64,000 bases of DNA, from assembly GCA_031383985.1 (NCBI GenBank), contig JANNAE010000009.1, forward strand, positions 76,051-140,050, given 5' to 3'. The translations under genes were made by a program, and so were the position numbers. Below are positions 9,573 through 19,329 of this stretch, one piece after another. Positions within the stretch are counted from its first letter, which is position 1, and each line of letters begins with the position of its first letter. The notes beneath the pieces are model-generated. The model was not told the origin of the DNA, did not search any database, and saw only the letters and a program-made list of their open reading frames with translations. The DNA is from Novosphingobium sp. GTDB taxonomy: Bacteria; Pseudomonadota; Alphaproteobacteria; Sphingomonadales; Sphingomonadaceae.

Positions 9573-11129
9573 ATGACCCCCGAGCCGGACCGCCAACTCG
9601 CCCAAGCGCTTGCCACAGCGCAGCAACGTGTGCGCGGTGCGGCACAGTTGCGCCCGGAGGACCGCGCAGGCTCGGTGGCACTGGCGCGGCGGGCGCTTAG
9701 CGCCGGACTGGGCGGTCAGGCGATCCCGCTGCTTGCCGCGCTGAACCGCAAGCTACCGATCGACGCCGAGATCGTAACCCTCCACGGCGTGGCCCTGCGC
9801 CTCGCGCAGAAACTGGTCGAGGCGGCCGAGGTCTTTGCCGCAGCCCGCACCGCAGGATTGGCTGATCCCGCAGTGCTCCAGGGTCTGGCGCAGACGCGCT
9901 ATGAGCTTGGCCTGCCCGCAGCGGCGTTGTTTGGCGAGGCCCAGCGTGCCAGCCCGGACAATCTCGAACTACTGCGCAACCGCGCAGCGGCCATGGCATC
10001 CGAGGGCGACCGCGCCGGGGCGCTCCGGTTGCTGCTTGAGACACTGCGGACCATTCCCGGCTGGCTCGATGGCCACAAGACAGTGGCAACGCTGCGCTGG
10101 ACCGGCGGCGACCGCGAGGGCTTTGCCGCAAGCTACGGCGATGCGGTCCGGGCCGAGCCGGGGAATGCGGCTTTGTGGCTCGCCTGGTTCGGTGCACTTG
10201 CCCAGACGCAGGACTGGGAGCAAGCCCGCGCCATCCTTGCCGGGGCTGAAACCCAGCTCGGGATCACGCCCGCGATCCTCTCGGCCCAGCTGTTCCTCGC
10301 CTGCGAAGCGGACGATCCCGCCCGGGCCGAGGCGTTGCTGGCCAAAACGGCGCATTTCGCCGGAGACACGATCCAGCTGTGCCGGATCCGCCATGCCCTG
10401 CGCTACAATCGCTTTGAGGCGGCGCGCGATCTGGTCCAGCCGCTGCTCGGCGGGGCAAGCGCCGGGCTGTTCTGGCCCTATGCCTCACTCGTCTGGCGGC
10501 TGCTGGGCGATCCGCAGGCGCAGTGGCTTGATCGGCCCGACACCACCATCCAGTCGCGCGCGATCGCGCTGGATGCCGCTGAAATGGCCGAGCTGGGCGA
10601 TGTGCTGCGCGCGCTTCACACCATGGAGGCGCCCTATGCCGAGCAGACCGTGCGCGGCGGCACGCAGACCGATCGCTCGATCATGCTACGGCACGAGCCG
10701 ATCCTGCAGCGCACCCGCGCGGTATGGATGGAGGCGATCCGGGCCAATATTGCCGAATTGCCCGCGCCTGAGCAGGGCCATCCCTTCCTGCGCCAGTCGC
10801 GCAATCAGCTTTTGCTCGGTGGCAGCTGGTCGGTCAGGCTCGGCGCGGCTGGCCACAACGTGCCGCATACCCATCCGATGGGGTGGATGAGCTCGTCGCT
10901 TTATGTTGTCATACCGGATGAAGCGGCGCGCGGACCGGCCCCGGCAGGGCATATATCCTTCGGCACGCCGCCGCCGGAACTGGGCCTGAGCCTTGCCCCT
11001 TATTGCAGTATCGCGCCCGAACCCGGGCTGGTGGTGACCTTTCCCTCGATGATGTGGCACGCGGTCGAGCCGTTTGCGGCGGGAGAGCGGTTGATGATCG
11101 CGCTCGACATCCGCCCGCCACAATTCTGA
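9573..11129 (+). CDS. TPR-like helical protein with a C-terminal putative 2OG-Fe(II) oxygenase-like domain
   Basis: The N-terminal two-thirds is Ala/Leu-rich and helical-repeat-like. The C-terminal part has [20 protein letters not shown] ... [13 protein letters not shown] ... RLMIALDI, resembling the TIGR02466-type double-stranded beta-helix. The start was chosen at the first ATG past the terminator (MTPEPD). Confidence 0.65.
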   Translation: MTPEPDRQLAQALATAQQRVRGAAQLRPEDRAGSVALARRALSAGLGGQAIPLLAALNRKLPIDAEIVTLHGVALRLAQKLVEAAEVFAAARTAGLADPAVLQGLAQTRYELGLPAAALFGEAQRASPDNLELLRNRAAAMASEGDRAGALRLLLETLRTIPGWLDGHKTVATLRWTGGDREGFAASYGDAVRAEPGNAALWLAWFGALAQTQDWEQARAILAGAETQLGITPAILSAQLFLACEADDPARAEALLAKTAHFAGDTIQLCRIRHALRYNRFEAARDLVQPLLGGASAGLFWPYASLVWRLLGDPQAQWLDRPDTTIQSRAIALDAAEMAELGDVLRALHTMEAPYAEQTVRGGTQTDRSIMLRHEPILQRTRAVWMEAIRANIAELPAPEQGHPFLRQSRNQLLLGGSWSVRLGAAGHNVPHTHPMGWMSSSLYVVIPDEAARGPAPAGHISFGTPPPELGLSLAPYCSIAPEPGLVVTFPSMMWHAVEPFAAGERLMIALDIRPPQF

Positions 11130-11208
11130 TGCGCCGGTTCGGGCGTCGTTTTCCTGTCCACAAACGATTGCATCTGGTTTAGTGCAGCGCGATTCCAGGA
11201 GCGGTTCG

Positions 11209-12717
11209 ATGCAGAATGACAAGGCGATAAAGTCAGTCGTGATCGTCGGCGGCGGCACTGCGGGATGGATGACCGCTGCCGCGCTTGCCAACGCGCTTGA
11301 GGCCAATTGCCGGATCACGCTCGTCGAAAGCGATGAAATTGGCACGGTCGGCGTTGGCGAGGCGACGATCCCGCCGATCCGCACTTTCAACGAGACGCTG
11401 GGCATCGACGAGAACGACTTCGTCAAGGCGACCCAGGGCTCGTTCAAGCTGGGTATTCAGTTCAAGGGCTGGGGAAGCATCGACCAGACCTATTTCCACC
11501 CGTTCGGCTCCTATGGCCGCGATGCCGATATGGTCCCGCTGCACCAATATTGGCTGGCGGCCCATGCGCAAGGGGCTGCGCCGCCGCTGGATGAGCTGTG
11601 CATGGCCTGGGCCGCGGCCAAGCGGGGCAAGTTCGGACGCCCCCTGCCCGATCAGCGCAATGTGCTGTCGACGTTCGATTATGCCTATCACTTCGATGCC
11701 GGGCTTTATGCGCGGTTCTTGCGCAGCTATGCCGAAACGCGCGGAGTGACCCGGATCGAGGGCAGGATCGGCAGCGTCGAGCAGAATGGCGAGAGCGGCT
11801 TCGTTACCGCTGTAACCCTTGAAGACGGCCGCAGTTTCGCAGGCGATCTGTTTGTCGATTGCTCGGGCTTTCGCGGCCTGCTCATCGAAGGCGCGTTGGC
11901 GACCGGCTACCAGGACTGGACGCATTGGTTGCCCTGCGACCGGGCGATGGCGGTCCCTTGCGCCAAGGCGGGCGAGTTCACGCCCTACACCCGCTCCACT
12001 GCGCGCGAGGCCGGGTGGCAATGGCGGATCCCGCTGCAACACCGGACCGGCAATGGCTATGTCTATTGCAGCAACTTCATCTCCGATGACGAGGTGGCTT
12101 CGACCCTGCTTGCCAATCTTGATGGAAAGGCGCTGACCGATCCCAAGCCGCTGCGCTTTATCACCGGACGCCGCAATCTGTTCTGGAACAAGAACGTGGT
12201 CGCGATTGGTCTGTCCGGCGGTTTCATGGAGCCGCTTGAATCGACCTCGATCCATCTGATCCAGGCAGGGATTGCCAAATTGCTCGCACTGTTCCCCGAC
12301 CGCGATTTCGATCCGCTAGTGACCGATGAATACAACCGGATCGCGGTGGGCGAGTATGAACGGATCCGCGATTTCATCATCCTCCACTACAAGCTGACCA
12401 GGCGGACTGACGGTGAGCTGTGGCGCTATTGCGGGGCGATGGACATTCCAGACACGCTGACCTGGAAGATCGAGCATTTCGGCCGCTATGGCCGCCTGCT
12501 GGCGCGTGATGCAGACCTGTTCGGCGCGCCCAGCTGGCTGGCCGTCCATGTCGGACAGGGCAATATCCCCACCGGTGGCGAGCCGCTGCTCCTTCACCGC
12601 GCCAGCGATCAGCGGGAGTGGATGAAGAAACTTGAAGCCGCGCTGGCGCATGCGGCCGAGGGGATGCCTACGCACCAGCAGTGGATCGACAAGTTCTGCA
12701 AAGCCGAGCCTGGCTGA
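11209..12717 (+). CDS. tryptophan-halogenase-like FAD-dependent protein (copy 1)
   Basis: [44 protein letters not shown] (WxWxIP) and [16 protein letters not shown] lies 8 nt upstream of the ATG at 11209. Confidence 0.88.
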   Translation: MQNDKAIKSVVIVGGGTAGWMTAAALANALEANCRITLVESDEIGTVGVGEATIPPIRTFNETLGIDENDFVKATQGSFKLGIQFKGWGSIDQTYFHPFGSYGRDADMVPLHQYWLAAHAQGAAPPLDELCMAWAAAKRGKFGRPLPDQRNVLSTFDYAYHFDAGLYARFLRSYAETRGVTRIEGRIGSVEQNGESGFVTAVTLEDGRSFAGDLFVDCSGFRGLLIEGALATGYQDWTHWLPCDRAMAVPCAKAGEFTPYTRSTAREAGWQWRIPLQHRTGNGYVYCSNFISDDEVASTLLANLDGKALTDPKPLRFITGRRNLFWNKNVVAIGLSGGFMEPLESTSIHLIQAGIAKLLALFPDRDFDPLVTDEYNRIAVGEYERIRDFIILHYKLTRRTDGELWRYCGAMDIPDTLTWKIEHFGRYGRLLARDADLFGAPSWLAVHVGQGNIPTGGEPLLLHRASDQREWMKKLEAALAHAAEGMPTHQQWIDKFCKAEPG

Positions 12718-12727
12718 GGCAGGTCGA

Positions 12728-13624
12728 CTAGCCCAGCGCTTGCCGACCCAGACCGATGGCTCCGGTGATCCCGGCCTCATCGCCCAGCGCCGGGGCGACG
12801 ATATAGCGCTCCAATCCGGGATCAAGCTGCGGCGCCTTGATGTATCCGCCCAGCTTCGCTTCGGTTGCGCGGCGCAGCGCTTCGATCAGGCCGGGCGTTT
12901 TCATCACCCCGCCGCCGAAGATCAGCCGGTCGGGCATGTGCAGCAATACGAGGCTGACCGCCAATTGCGCGATATAGCTGGCAATCAGTTCGATCTTGTC
13001 AGCCGGGCTGCCGAGCCTGGAGAGGCTGTCCCCCCAGCGCGCTTCAATCGCCGGGCCACTCGCCAGCCCTTCAAGGCAATCGCCGTGGAACGGGCAGCAG
13101 CCGGAAAAAGGATCCGCGACAAGATCATGCGGCATGGGAATGTGGCCGCTTTCGTAATGCGAAAAGCCCATGATCGGAAGGCCATCTCGGACCACGCCGC
13201 TGCCGATGCCGGTGCCGATTGTGGTATAGGCAAGCGTGGTACAGCCCTGTCCGGCACCCTGCGCCCATTCTCCCAGTGCCGCGCCATTGACATCGGTATC
13301 GACGATGATCGGGGCGCCAAACCCGCCCAGCACATCTTGAAACCGAGCGCCTGCCCAACCGGGCTTGGGGGTGGTGGTAAAAGTGCCATAGGCGGGCGAG
13401 GTTGGGTCAATATCAATCGGGCCGAAGCTTGCGACGCCGAACGCGGCGACCCGGCCATGCGTGGCAGCGGCGCTGCGGAAGAACTCCGCCAAGGCCGGAA
13501 AGCATTCCGCCGGGGACTGCGTCGGGATACGAATCTGGGCCAGAATTGTTCCATCTTCGCGCGCCAGTGCGGCGACGAATTTCGTGCCGCCAGCCTCGAG
13601 CGCACCTATCAGTCGTTGTGCCAT
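12728..13624 (-). CDS. ROK family fructokinase
   Basis: GALEAGGTKFVAAL N-terminal ATPase motif and the ROK zinc motif GHIPM...CCPFHGDCLEG. The start was chosen at MAQRLIG. Confidence 0.85.
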   Translation of the reverse strand: MAQRLIGALEAGGTKFVAALAREDGTILAQIRIPTQSPAECFPALAEFFRSAAATHGRVAAFGVASFGPIDIDPTSPAYGTFTTTPKPGWAGARFQDVLGGFGAPIIVDTDVNGAALGEWAQGAGQGCTTLAYTTIGTGIGSGVVRDGLPIMGFSHYESGHIPMPHDLVADPFSGCCPFHGDCLEGLASGPAIEARWGDSLSRLGSPADKIELIASYIAQLAVSLVLLHMPDRLIFGGGVMKTPGLIEALRRATEAKLGGYIKAPQLDPGLERYIVAPALGDEAGITGAIGLGRQALG

Positions 13625-13771
13625 GATCTGCCAGTTCCAATTTTGGAGATATAACCGAATAACCGCCGCCGGGAGCAAACCATAGCGCATAGCTGCTGGC
13701 GCCGGGCATGGCTTAATCGCTCCAAGTCCCTTTTCGAATTAGCTTTGATGCGCTGTCCATTGCCTTCGATT

Positions 13772-13783
13772 ACAATCGATTGC
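13772..13783. promoter_or_regulatory. third operator-like copy ACAATCGATTGC
   Basis: It matches 11 of 12 positions of the 6840 palindrome and lies in the fructokinase/SDR divergent intergenic region. Confidence 0.45.
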
Positions 13784-13999
13784 AACTCTAATTGATGGTC
13801 TCCGGCCTCATCCCGGGTCGGCAGGTGGGACCAAACGACAGGCGCTCAGAGCTCCTGCCTGCATCTGTACCAGAAAAACCCGCTATGAAGCCGACCGGGA
13901 ATGGGTATGGTCGTAAGCAACTGACAGGTCTCGCACCGCCGATGCCCCGCCAGATCATCAACCTTACGCCGGGCTCGGGCAATCAATTGAGGGACTTTC

Positions 14000-14812
14000 A
14001 TGACCATGACTGGGCAATTAAACGGAAAGATCGCGATCATAACCGGCGCGGGTTCGGGCATCGGCCGGGCCAGCGCACTGCGGTTTGCCGCTGAGGGCGC
14101 GAAGCTCGTCATCGCCGACAAGACCGAGGCCGTCCACGAAACTGCCAGGTTGGCGATCGACGCAGGCGGCGCCGCAATCGCGCTACAGATCGATGCAGGC
14201 GTCGAAGCCGATGTCAAAAAGCTCGTCGAAACCGCGCTTTCCACCTACGGCGGCCTCGATGTCGCCTTTGCCAACGCGGGTATCAGTGGCGGTATGGCCG
14301 GGATTTTCGATCTGACGCCCGAGGATTGGACGGAGATCCTCCGGGTCAATCTGATCGGCCCATGGCTGATCGTCAAACATGCCGGCAAGGCCATGGCCGA
14401 TGCCGGCAAAGGCGGATCGATTATCCTGACGGCGAGCGTCGCGGGGATCCGTTCGGGCGCGGGCGGACCAGCCTATTCGGCTTCGAAGGCGGGTGTTATC
14501 AATCTGGCAATGGTCACCGCGCAGCAGCTTTCCGAAACTGGCGTGCGCTGCAACGCGATCTGCCCGGGCCTGACCGAGACCGGAATGACCAAACCGACCT
14601 TCGACTATGCCAAGACCAAGGATGTGATGCACAAGGTTGGTCGCCTCAATCCGCTGCGCCGCGCCGCCCAGCCCGACGAGCTGGCAAATGTCGCGCTGTT
14701 CCTCGCCTCCGATCAGGCCAGCTATATCAACGGCCAGGCGATTGCGGTTGATGGCGGGCTTTCCTCTTCACATCCGGTGACGCGCCAGCTCACCGGCCAG
14801 ACGGCAGTTTGA
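14000..14812 (+). CDS. SDR family oxidoreductase
   Basis: [10 protein letters not shown] cofactor motif and the YSASKAG catalytic YxxxK. Confidence 0.9.
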   Translation: MTMTGQLNGKIAIITGAGSGIGRASALRFAAEGAKLVIADKTEAVHETARLAIDAGGAAIALQIDAGVEADVKKLVETALSTYGGLDVAFANAGISGGMAGIFDLTPEDWTEILRVNLIGPWLIVKHAGKAMADAGKGGSIILTASVAGIRSGAGGPAYSASKAGVINLAMVTAQQLSETGVRCNAICPGLTETGMTKPTFDYAKTKDVMHKVGRLNPLRRAAQPDELANVALFLASDQASYINGQAIAVDGGLSSSHPVTRQLTGQTAV

Positions 14813-14816
14813 TCCA

Positions 14817-15761
14817 ATGAAAATGCGTGAACTCGGCGATAGCGGAATCAAGGTCTCGGAAATCTGCCTCGGCAGCTGGCTGACTTACGGCGTGGGGGTC
14901 GATACCAGCGCGGCCAGGGCCTGTGTCGATGCGGCCTTCGATGCGGGCATCAATTTCATCGACACGGCCAACGTCTATGGCCGCGGGGCGGCCGAGACAT
15001 TTCTGGGCGACGCCTTGAAGGCGCGTCCGCGTGATAGCTATGTCATGGCGACCAAGCTCTACTTCCCGATGTCAGACACCGACCAGGGCTTGTCTCGCGC
15101 GCAGATATTCAAGCAGGTCGATGCCTCGCTGATGCGATTGCAGACCGATTATCTCGATCTCTATCAGTGCCACCGCTATGACCCCGAGACCCCGATCGAA
15201 GAGACGATGGAAGCGCTCTTTGAAGTTGTCCGCTCGGGCAAGGCGCGGGCGATCGGATTTTCGGAATGGTCGCCGCAGAACATCCGCGATGGCTTGGCCG
15301 TGCCCGATGGCGTGAAGTTCGTATCGAGCCAGCCGCAATATTCACTGCTGTGGCGGCGGCCTGAAAAGGAAGTGATCCCGCTGTGCGCTGCCAACGGCAT
15401 TTCGCAGATCGTCTGGTCCCCGCTCGCCCAAGGGCTGCTCACCGGCAAATACAGCAAGGACACCCCGCCTCCGGCCGACAGCCGGGCGGCGAGCAGCGAG
15501 ATGGGCGGGTTCATGGACCGCTGGCTGGTGCCCGAACTGCTTGAAGCGGTCGAGGCGATCAAGCCGCTCGCGGCGGAGGCTGGATGCAGTCTGGCCCAGT
15601 TCGCCCTCGCCTGGGTGCTGCGCGAGCCCAATGTGGCCAGTGCAATCATCGGCGCAAGCCGGCCTGAACAAGTGGCCGAGAACGCCGCGGCATCTGGCCT
15701 GAGCATTGACCCTGCCCTGTTTGCCAAGGCCGAGGCGATTGCCCAAGGAGCGCAAAACTGA
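14817..15761 (+). CDS. aldo/keto reductase
   Basis: GINFIDTANVYG, DYLDLYQCHRYD and SPLAQGLLTGKY, typical AKR motifs. Confidence 0.9.
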   Translation: MKMRELGDSGIKVSEICLGSWLTYGVGVDTSAARACVDAAFDAGINFIDTANVYGRGAAETFLGDALKARPRDSYVMATKLYFPMSDTDQGLSRAQIFKQVDASLMRLQTDYLDLYQCHRYDPETPIEETMEALFEVVRSGKARAIGFSEWSPQNIRDGLAVPDGVKFVSSQPQYSLLWRRPEKEVIPLCAANGISQIVWSPLAQGLLTGKYSKDTPPPADSRAASSEMGGFMDRWLVPELLEAVEAIKPLAAEAGCSLAQFALAWVLREPNVASAIIGASRPEQVAENAAASGLSIDPALFAKAEAIAQGAQN

Positions 15762-16963
15762 TGCTGAGTGTGTCCAATTCTCGCGATCTTGGCTTCCTTC
15801 CCGACCGGCTGGCGCGGATCGATGCGCATATCCAGGCGAAATATCTCGACACCGGCAAGCTGCCCCATGCCGCGCTGCTGATCGGGCGCGGCGATGAGAT
15901 TGCCCATCTGTGGCATTCAGGGGTGGCCGATGATGCGATTTTCCGGATCATGTCGATGACCAAGCCGATCACGTCGATCGCGCTGATGCAACTTGTCGAG
16001 CAGGGCAAGATCGCGCTTAGCGAGCCGATCGCGAAATATCTCCCCGAGTTCAAGGACATCGGCGTTTTCGCCGGTGGCGGGGGCACCAGCCCGTTCATGA
16101 CCCGTCCGCCCGCATCGCCTCCGCGGATCGTGGATCTGATGCGCCACACGGCCGGCTTTACCTATGGTTTTCAGGACCGCACCAACATCGATGCTGCTTA
16201 TCGCAAAAGTGATGTGGATGTCTGGAGCAAGCACGACAACGACGAATTTGTCGCCAAGCTGGCCAAGCTGCCGCTCGAATTCGATCCCGGTACGAGCTGG
16301 AACTACTCGGTTGCAACCGATCTGTGCGGCGTCATCGTGGCGCGGGTTTCTGGGATGTCGCTGGGGGCCTATTTCGCGGCCAACATCCTTGGCCCGCTGG
16401 GGATGGACGATACCGGATTTGTCGTTGCTGCCGACAAGGCTCACCGCATTCCGCCAGCCTATTCGTGGCACCCGACCGAAAAGATGAAACTGGCGGACAA
16501 GGCCGGCGGCGAAAGCGCGTGGGCGCGGGCGCACAAATTCCAGTCGGGCGGCGGCGGCCTCGCCTCGACACTGGCGGACTATCACCGGTTCTGCCGCATG
16601 CTGCTGAACGGCGGTGCGCTTGACGGCGTCCAGATTATCAGCCCGAAGACGCTTGAGCTGATGACGGCAAACCATTTGCCCGGCGGCGGTGATCTGACGC
16701 AGCACAGCAGATCGCTGTTCAGCGAGGCTGAAATGGCCGGAACCGGGTTCGGTCTGGGTTTTGCCCAAATTATCGATCCTGCCGCAACCATGACCATCTG
16801 TTCGCCCGGCGAATTTTTCTGGGGCGGGATGTATTCGACGGCCTTCTTCATCGATCCGGTCGAAGACATTGCGATGGTCTTCATGACCCAGCTGATGCCG
16901 TCGAACAGCTATCCGATCCGCCGCGAAATCAAGAACATGCTTTATGGCGCGCTTGCCGCCTGA
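15761..16963 (+). CDS. serine hydrolase, beta-lactamase (class C / esterase) family
   Basis: SMTKPITS SxxK motif, and the length and overall pattern fit this family. Confidence 0.85.
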   Translation: MLSVSNSRDLGFLPDRLARIDAHIQAKYLDTGKLPHAALLIGRGDEIAHLWHSGVADDAIFRIMSMTKPITSIALMQLVEQGKIALSEPIAKYLPEFKDIGVFAGGGGTSPFMTRPPASPPRIVDLMRHTAGFTYGFQDRTNIDAAYRKSDVDVWSKHDNDEFVAKLAKLPLEFDPGTSWNYSVATDLCGVIVARVSGMSLGAYFAANILGPLGMDDTGFVVAADKAHRIPPAYSWHPTEKMKLADKAGGESAWARAHKFQSGGGGLASTLADYHRFCRMLLNGGALDGVQIISPKTLELMTANHLPGGGDLTQHSRSLFSEAEMAGTGFGLGFAQIIDPAATMTICSPGEFFWGGMYSTAFFIDPVEDIAMVFMTQLMPSNSYPIRREIKNMLYGALAA

Positions 16964-16987
16964 GGCTAGCTGTACCGCAGCGCTCGC

Positions 16988-18448
16988 CTACTCGCTGAGC
17001 GCCGCCCGGTCCGCCCAGCAGCTGTGCGTACCGCTCGAAATCTTGTGCGGCAGCGCGATCCGGCAAACCGGGCCTGCCTCGATATCGCGAGCATCGATCA
17101 GCATGCATTCGCTGGTGCCGGTATTTTCGTCGGTGATAAAGCTGAGCAAGTAACCGTCATCCTCGGCCATACTGCCGATCCGCGGGGCGAACGGTGTCTC
17201 GCTGGCATACCGGCCTTCTTCCAGCTCCAGCGTCCAGCTTTCGCCCGTCTCGAGATCATGTTTGACGAAACCGGTGAACAGGAACCAGCCGGGTTTGGAG
17301 GTGGTCGAATAAATATAGCGGTGCTTGCGGCCGGCGACCCGCTGATCGATCATCCCGAATTCCAGGACGCGGTCGTCCAGCCGCTCTTCGCGCGTTGTCC
17401 CATCGGCAAGATTGAAACGCCAGCGATGGAGTTTGGGCTGAAAGCTGTGCTCATCGACATAGGCCATCATATGGCCATAGCCGTCCTCGTTAGGCAGCGG
17501 CGCAGGCTGGGGATTGTCCTGGAAATATCCGTCCATCACCACCTCGTCACCGTCCTCATAGGCGTTAAGGAAGTGGAGGATGTAAGTCGGCGCAGCGTCG
17601 AACCAGCGGATCTCATCCGGCTGGCCGTGGCGCGGGATCAGCGCAAACCTGCTCGGCAGCCCAGGGTGCAGGCGCGCCGCATGGATGTTCCGTTCGAGCA
17701 TCGCGCCATCCCAGAACAGCGGCAGATCGTTGAGGATCGACCAGTGCTCGGAAAAGATCATATCGTGCGGCAGTCGCGGTCCAGGCAGTGGCACGGGGAT
17801 ATAGTGAACAAGCTGCCCGCGTCGATCAACCACGCCGTAATGCATGAACGGCGCGTGTTTTGCATAGTTGAAGAACAAGAGTTCACCGGTGCGGCCATCG
17901 ACCTTGGGATGAGCAGAAATTCCATCGAGCGGAACCCATGGCGCAACCCCCAGCGGGGCGAGCGTTTCGGGATCCAGCTGGTAGGCCTCACCGCACTGGT
18001 AAAAGGTTGAAATCGCCTTGCCGGCATGGACGATGATATCCGTGCTCGACGCATCCTTAAGCCCGCCATGCGCGCCAAAGCCGGGGCGCTTTGAGGTGCC
18101 GGACTTGTCCATCAACCCGCCCCACAGCGCGGCCCCTGCCTCCTGCTCGGCCGCCAAGCAGCGCGTGCGGACCCAACGATTGCGGTAGCTTGCTTTGCCC
18201 CCGGTGAAGCTGATCTGATGGATCATCCCGTCACCATCAAACGGGTGATAGCGGCCCAATGGCTGGTGCAGCTGGTTTTCGGTGTTGCGCAGATAAACTC
18301 CGTCGAGGTCGGTCGGAATGCGCCCCGCAATAAGCCGAAGATCTGTCGCGGTCACTTCCTCATGCTGGGGGGTCCATGCACCGTTGAGATAGGGGTGATT
18401 GCTGGGCTGGAGCGATGAACGCAACGAGGGGAGACGATCGATCTGCAC
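16988..18448 (-). CDS. carotenoid oxygenase family protein (carotenoid / stilbene cleavage dioxygenase)
   Basis: NHPYLNGAWTPQHEE, HPFDGDGMI and four-His scaffold regions (STDIIVHAG, HDMIFSEHW, LHFLNAYE). Confidence 0.85.
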   Translation of the reverse strand: MQIDRLPSLRSSLQPSNHPYLNGAWTPQHEEVTATDLRLIAGRIPTDLDGVYLRNTENQLHQPLGRYHPFDGDGMIHQISFTGGKASYRNRWVRTRCLAAEQEAGAALWGGLMDKSGTSKRPGFGAHGGLKDASSTDIIVHAGKAISTFYQCGEAYQLDPETLAPLGVAPWVPLDGISAHPKVDGRTGELLFFNYAKHAPFMHYGVVDRRGQLVHYIPVPLPGPRLPHDMIFSEHWSILNDLPLFWDGAMLERNIHAARLHPGLPSRFALIPRHGQPDEIRWFDAAPTYILHFLNAYEDGDEVVMDGYFQDNPQPAPLPNEDGYGHMMAYVDEHSFQPKLHRWRFNLADGTTREERLDDRVLEFGMIDQRVAGRKHRYIYSTTSKPGWFLFTGFVKHDLETGESWTLELEEGRYASETPFAPRIGSMAEDDGYLLSFITDENTGTSECMLIDARDIEAGPVCRIALPHKISSGTHSCWADRAALSE

Positions 18449-18745
18449 AGGGCTGGTTCTCCACGGGCGGGGAAGCTGGCACCGAGCTTAAACGGCCATT
18501 CGGCTACGCGCCAGTGCAGAGCGAGCGATGCTTTGCAATCATCCCAAACACCACCAATGCCGCCGAGGTCATGGACCTGCCGCGCCAAGCTCTCTAGAGC
18601 ACGATGCGATAAAGCTGAATCGCATCATGCTCTCCAGTTCTTTGTTGTCGCGTGATTTACAGCGAAAAACCGGTTCCCACTTTTTCGCATCACGCTCTAG
18701 ACTGGTTGACTGCATGAGCGGCGAAACCTGAGGATCCTTAAAAGC

Positions 18746-19318
18746 ATGTCCCGGCTGATCCTGTTCAACAAGCCGTTTGGCGTGCTGTGCCAGTTTACCG
18801 ATCGTGACCCACCCACCAGCGGGATCGCAGGATCGGCCCGCCCGACGCTGTCGGATTACATCGACATCCCCGGCGTCTATCCGGCGGGCAGGCTCGATCT
18901 CGACAGCGAGGGGCTGCTGTTGCTGACCGATGATGGCCGCCTGCAGGCGCGGATCGCGGATCCCAGGTTCAGACTGGCGAAATCCTATCTTGCGCAGGTT
19001 GAAGGAGATGTCGAAGAAGCGCGCCTCGACCAGTTGCGCCACGGTGTCCGCCTGAAGGACGGCCTGACCCTGCCCGCCGAGGCGGCGCGCATCCCCGCCC
19101 CGATGCTATGGTCTCGCGATCCGCCGATCCGGGTCCGCCAAAGCGTGCCTGACTGCTGGATCAAGCTGACGATCCGCGAAGGCCGAAACCGCCAGGTGCG
19201 GCGGATGACGGCGGCGGTCGGCCACCCGACCCTGCGGCTGGTGCGCTGGGCGATTGGCGACTGGACGATCGAGGGGATGAAGCCCGGGGAATGGCGTGAA
19301 GTGACGGCCGATATCTAG
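18746..19318 (+). CDS. rluE: 23S rRNA pseudouridine synthase E
   Basis: LILFNKPFGVLCQFTD, GRLDLDSEGLLLLTDDG and REGRNRQVRRMTAAVGHPTLRL, close to E. coli RluE. Confidence 0.88.
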   Translation: MSRLILFNKPFGVLCQFTDRDPPTSGIAGSARPTLSDYIDIPGVYPAGRLDLDSEGLLLLTDDGRLQARIADPRFRLAKSYLAQVEGDVEEARLDQLRHGVRLKDGLTLPAEAARIPAPMLWSRDPPIRVRQSVPDCWIKLTIREGRNRQVRRMTAAVGHPTLRLVRWAIGDWTIEGMKPGEWREVTADI

Positions 19319-19329
19319 GCCAGCAAGAC

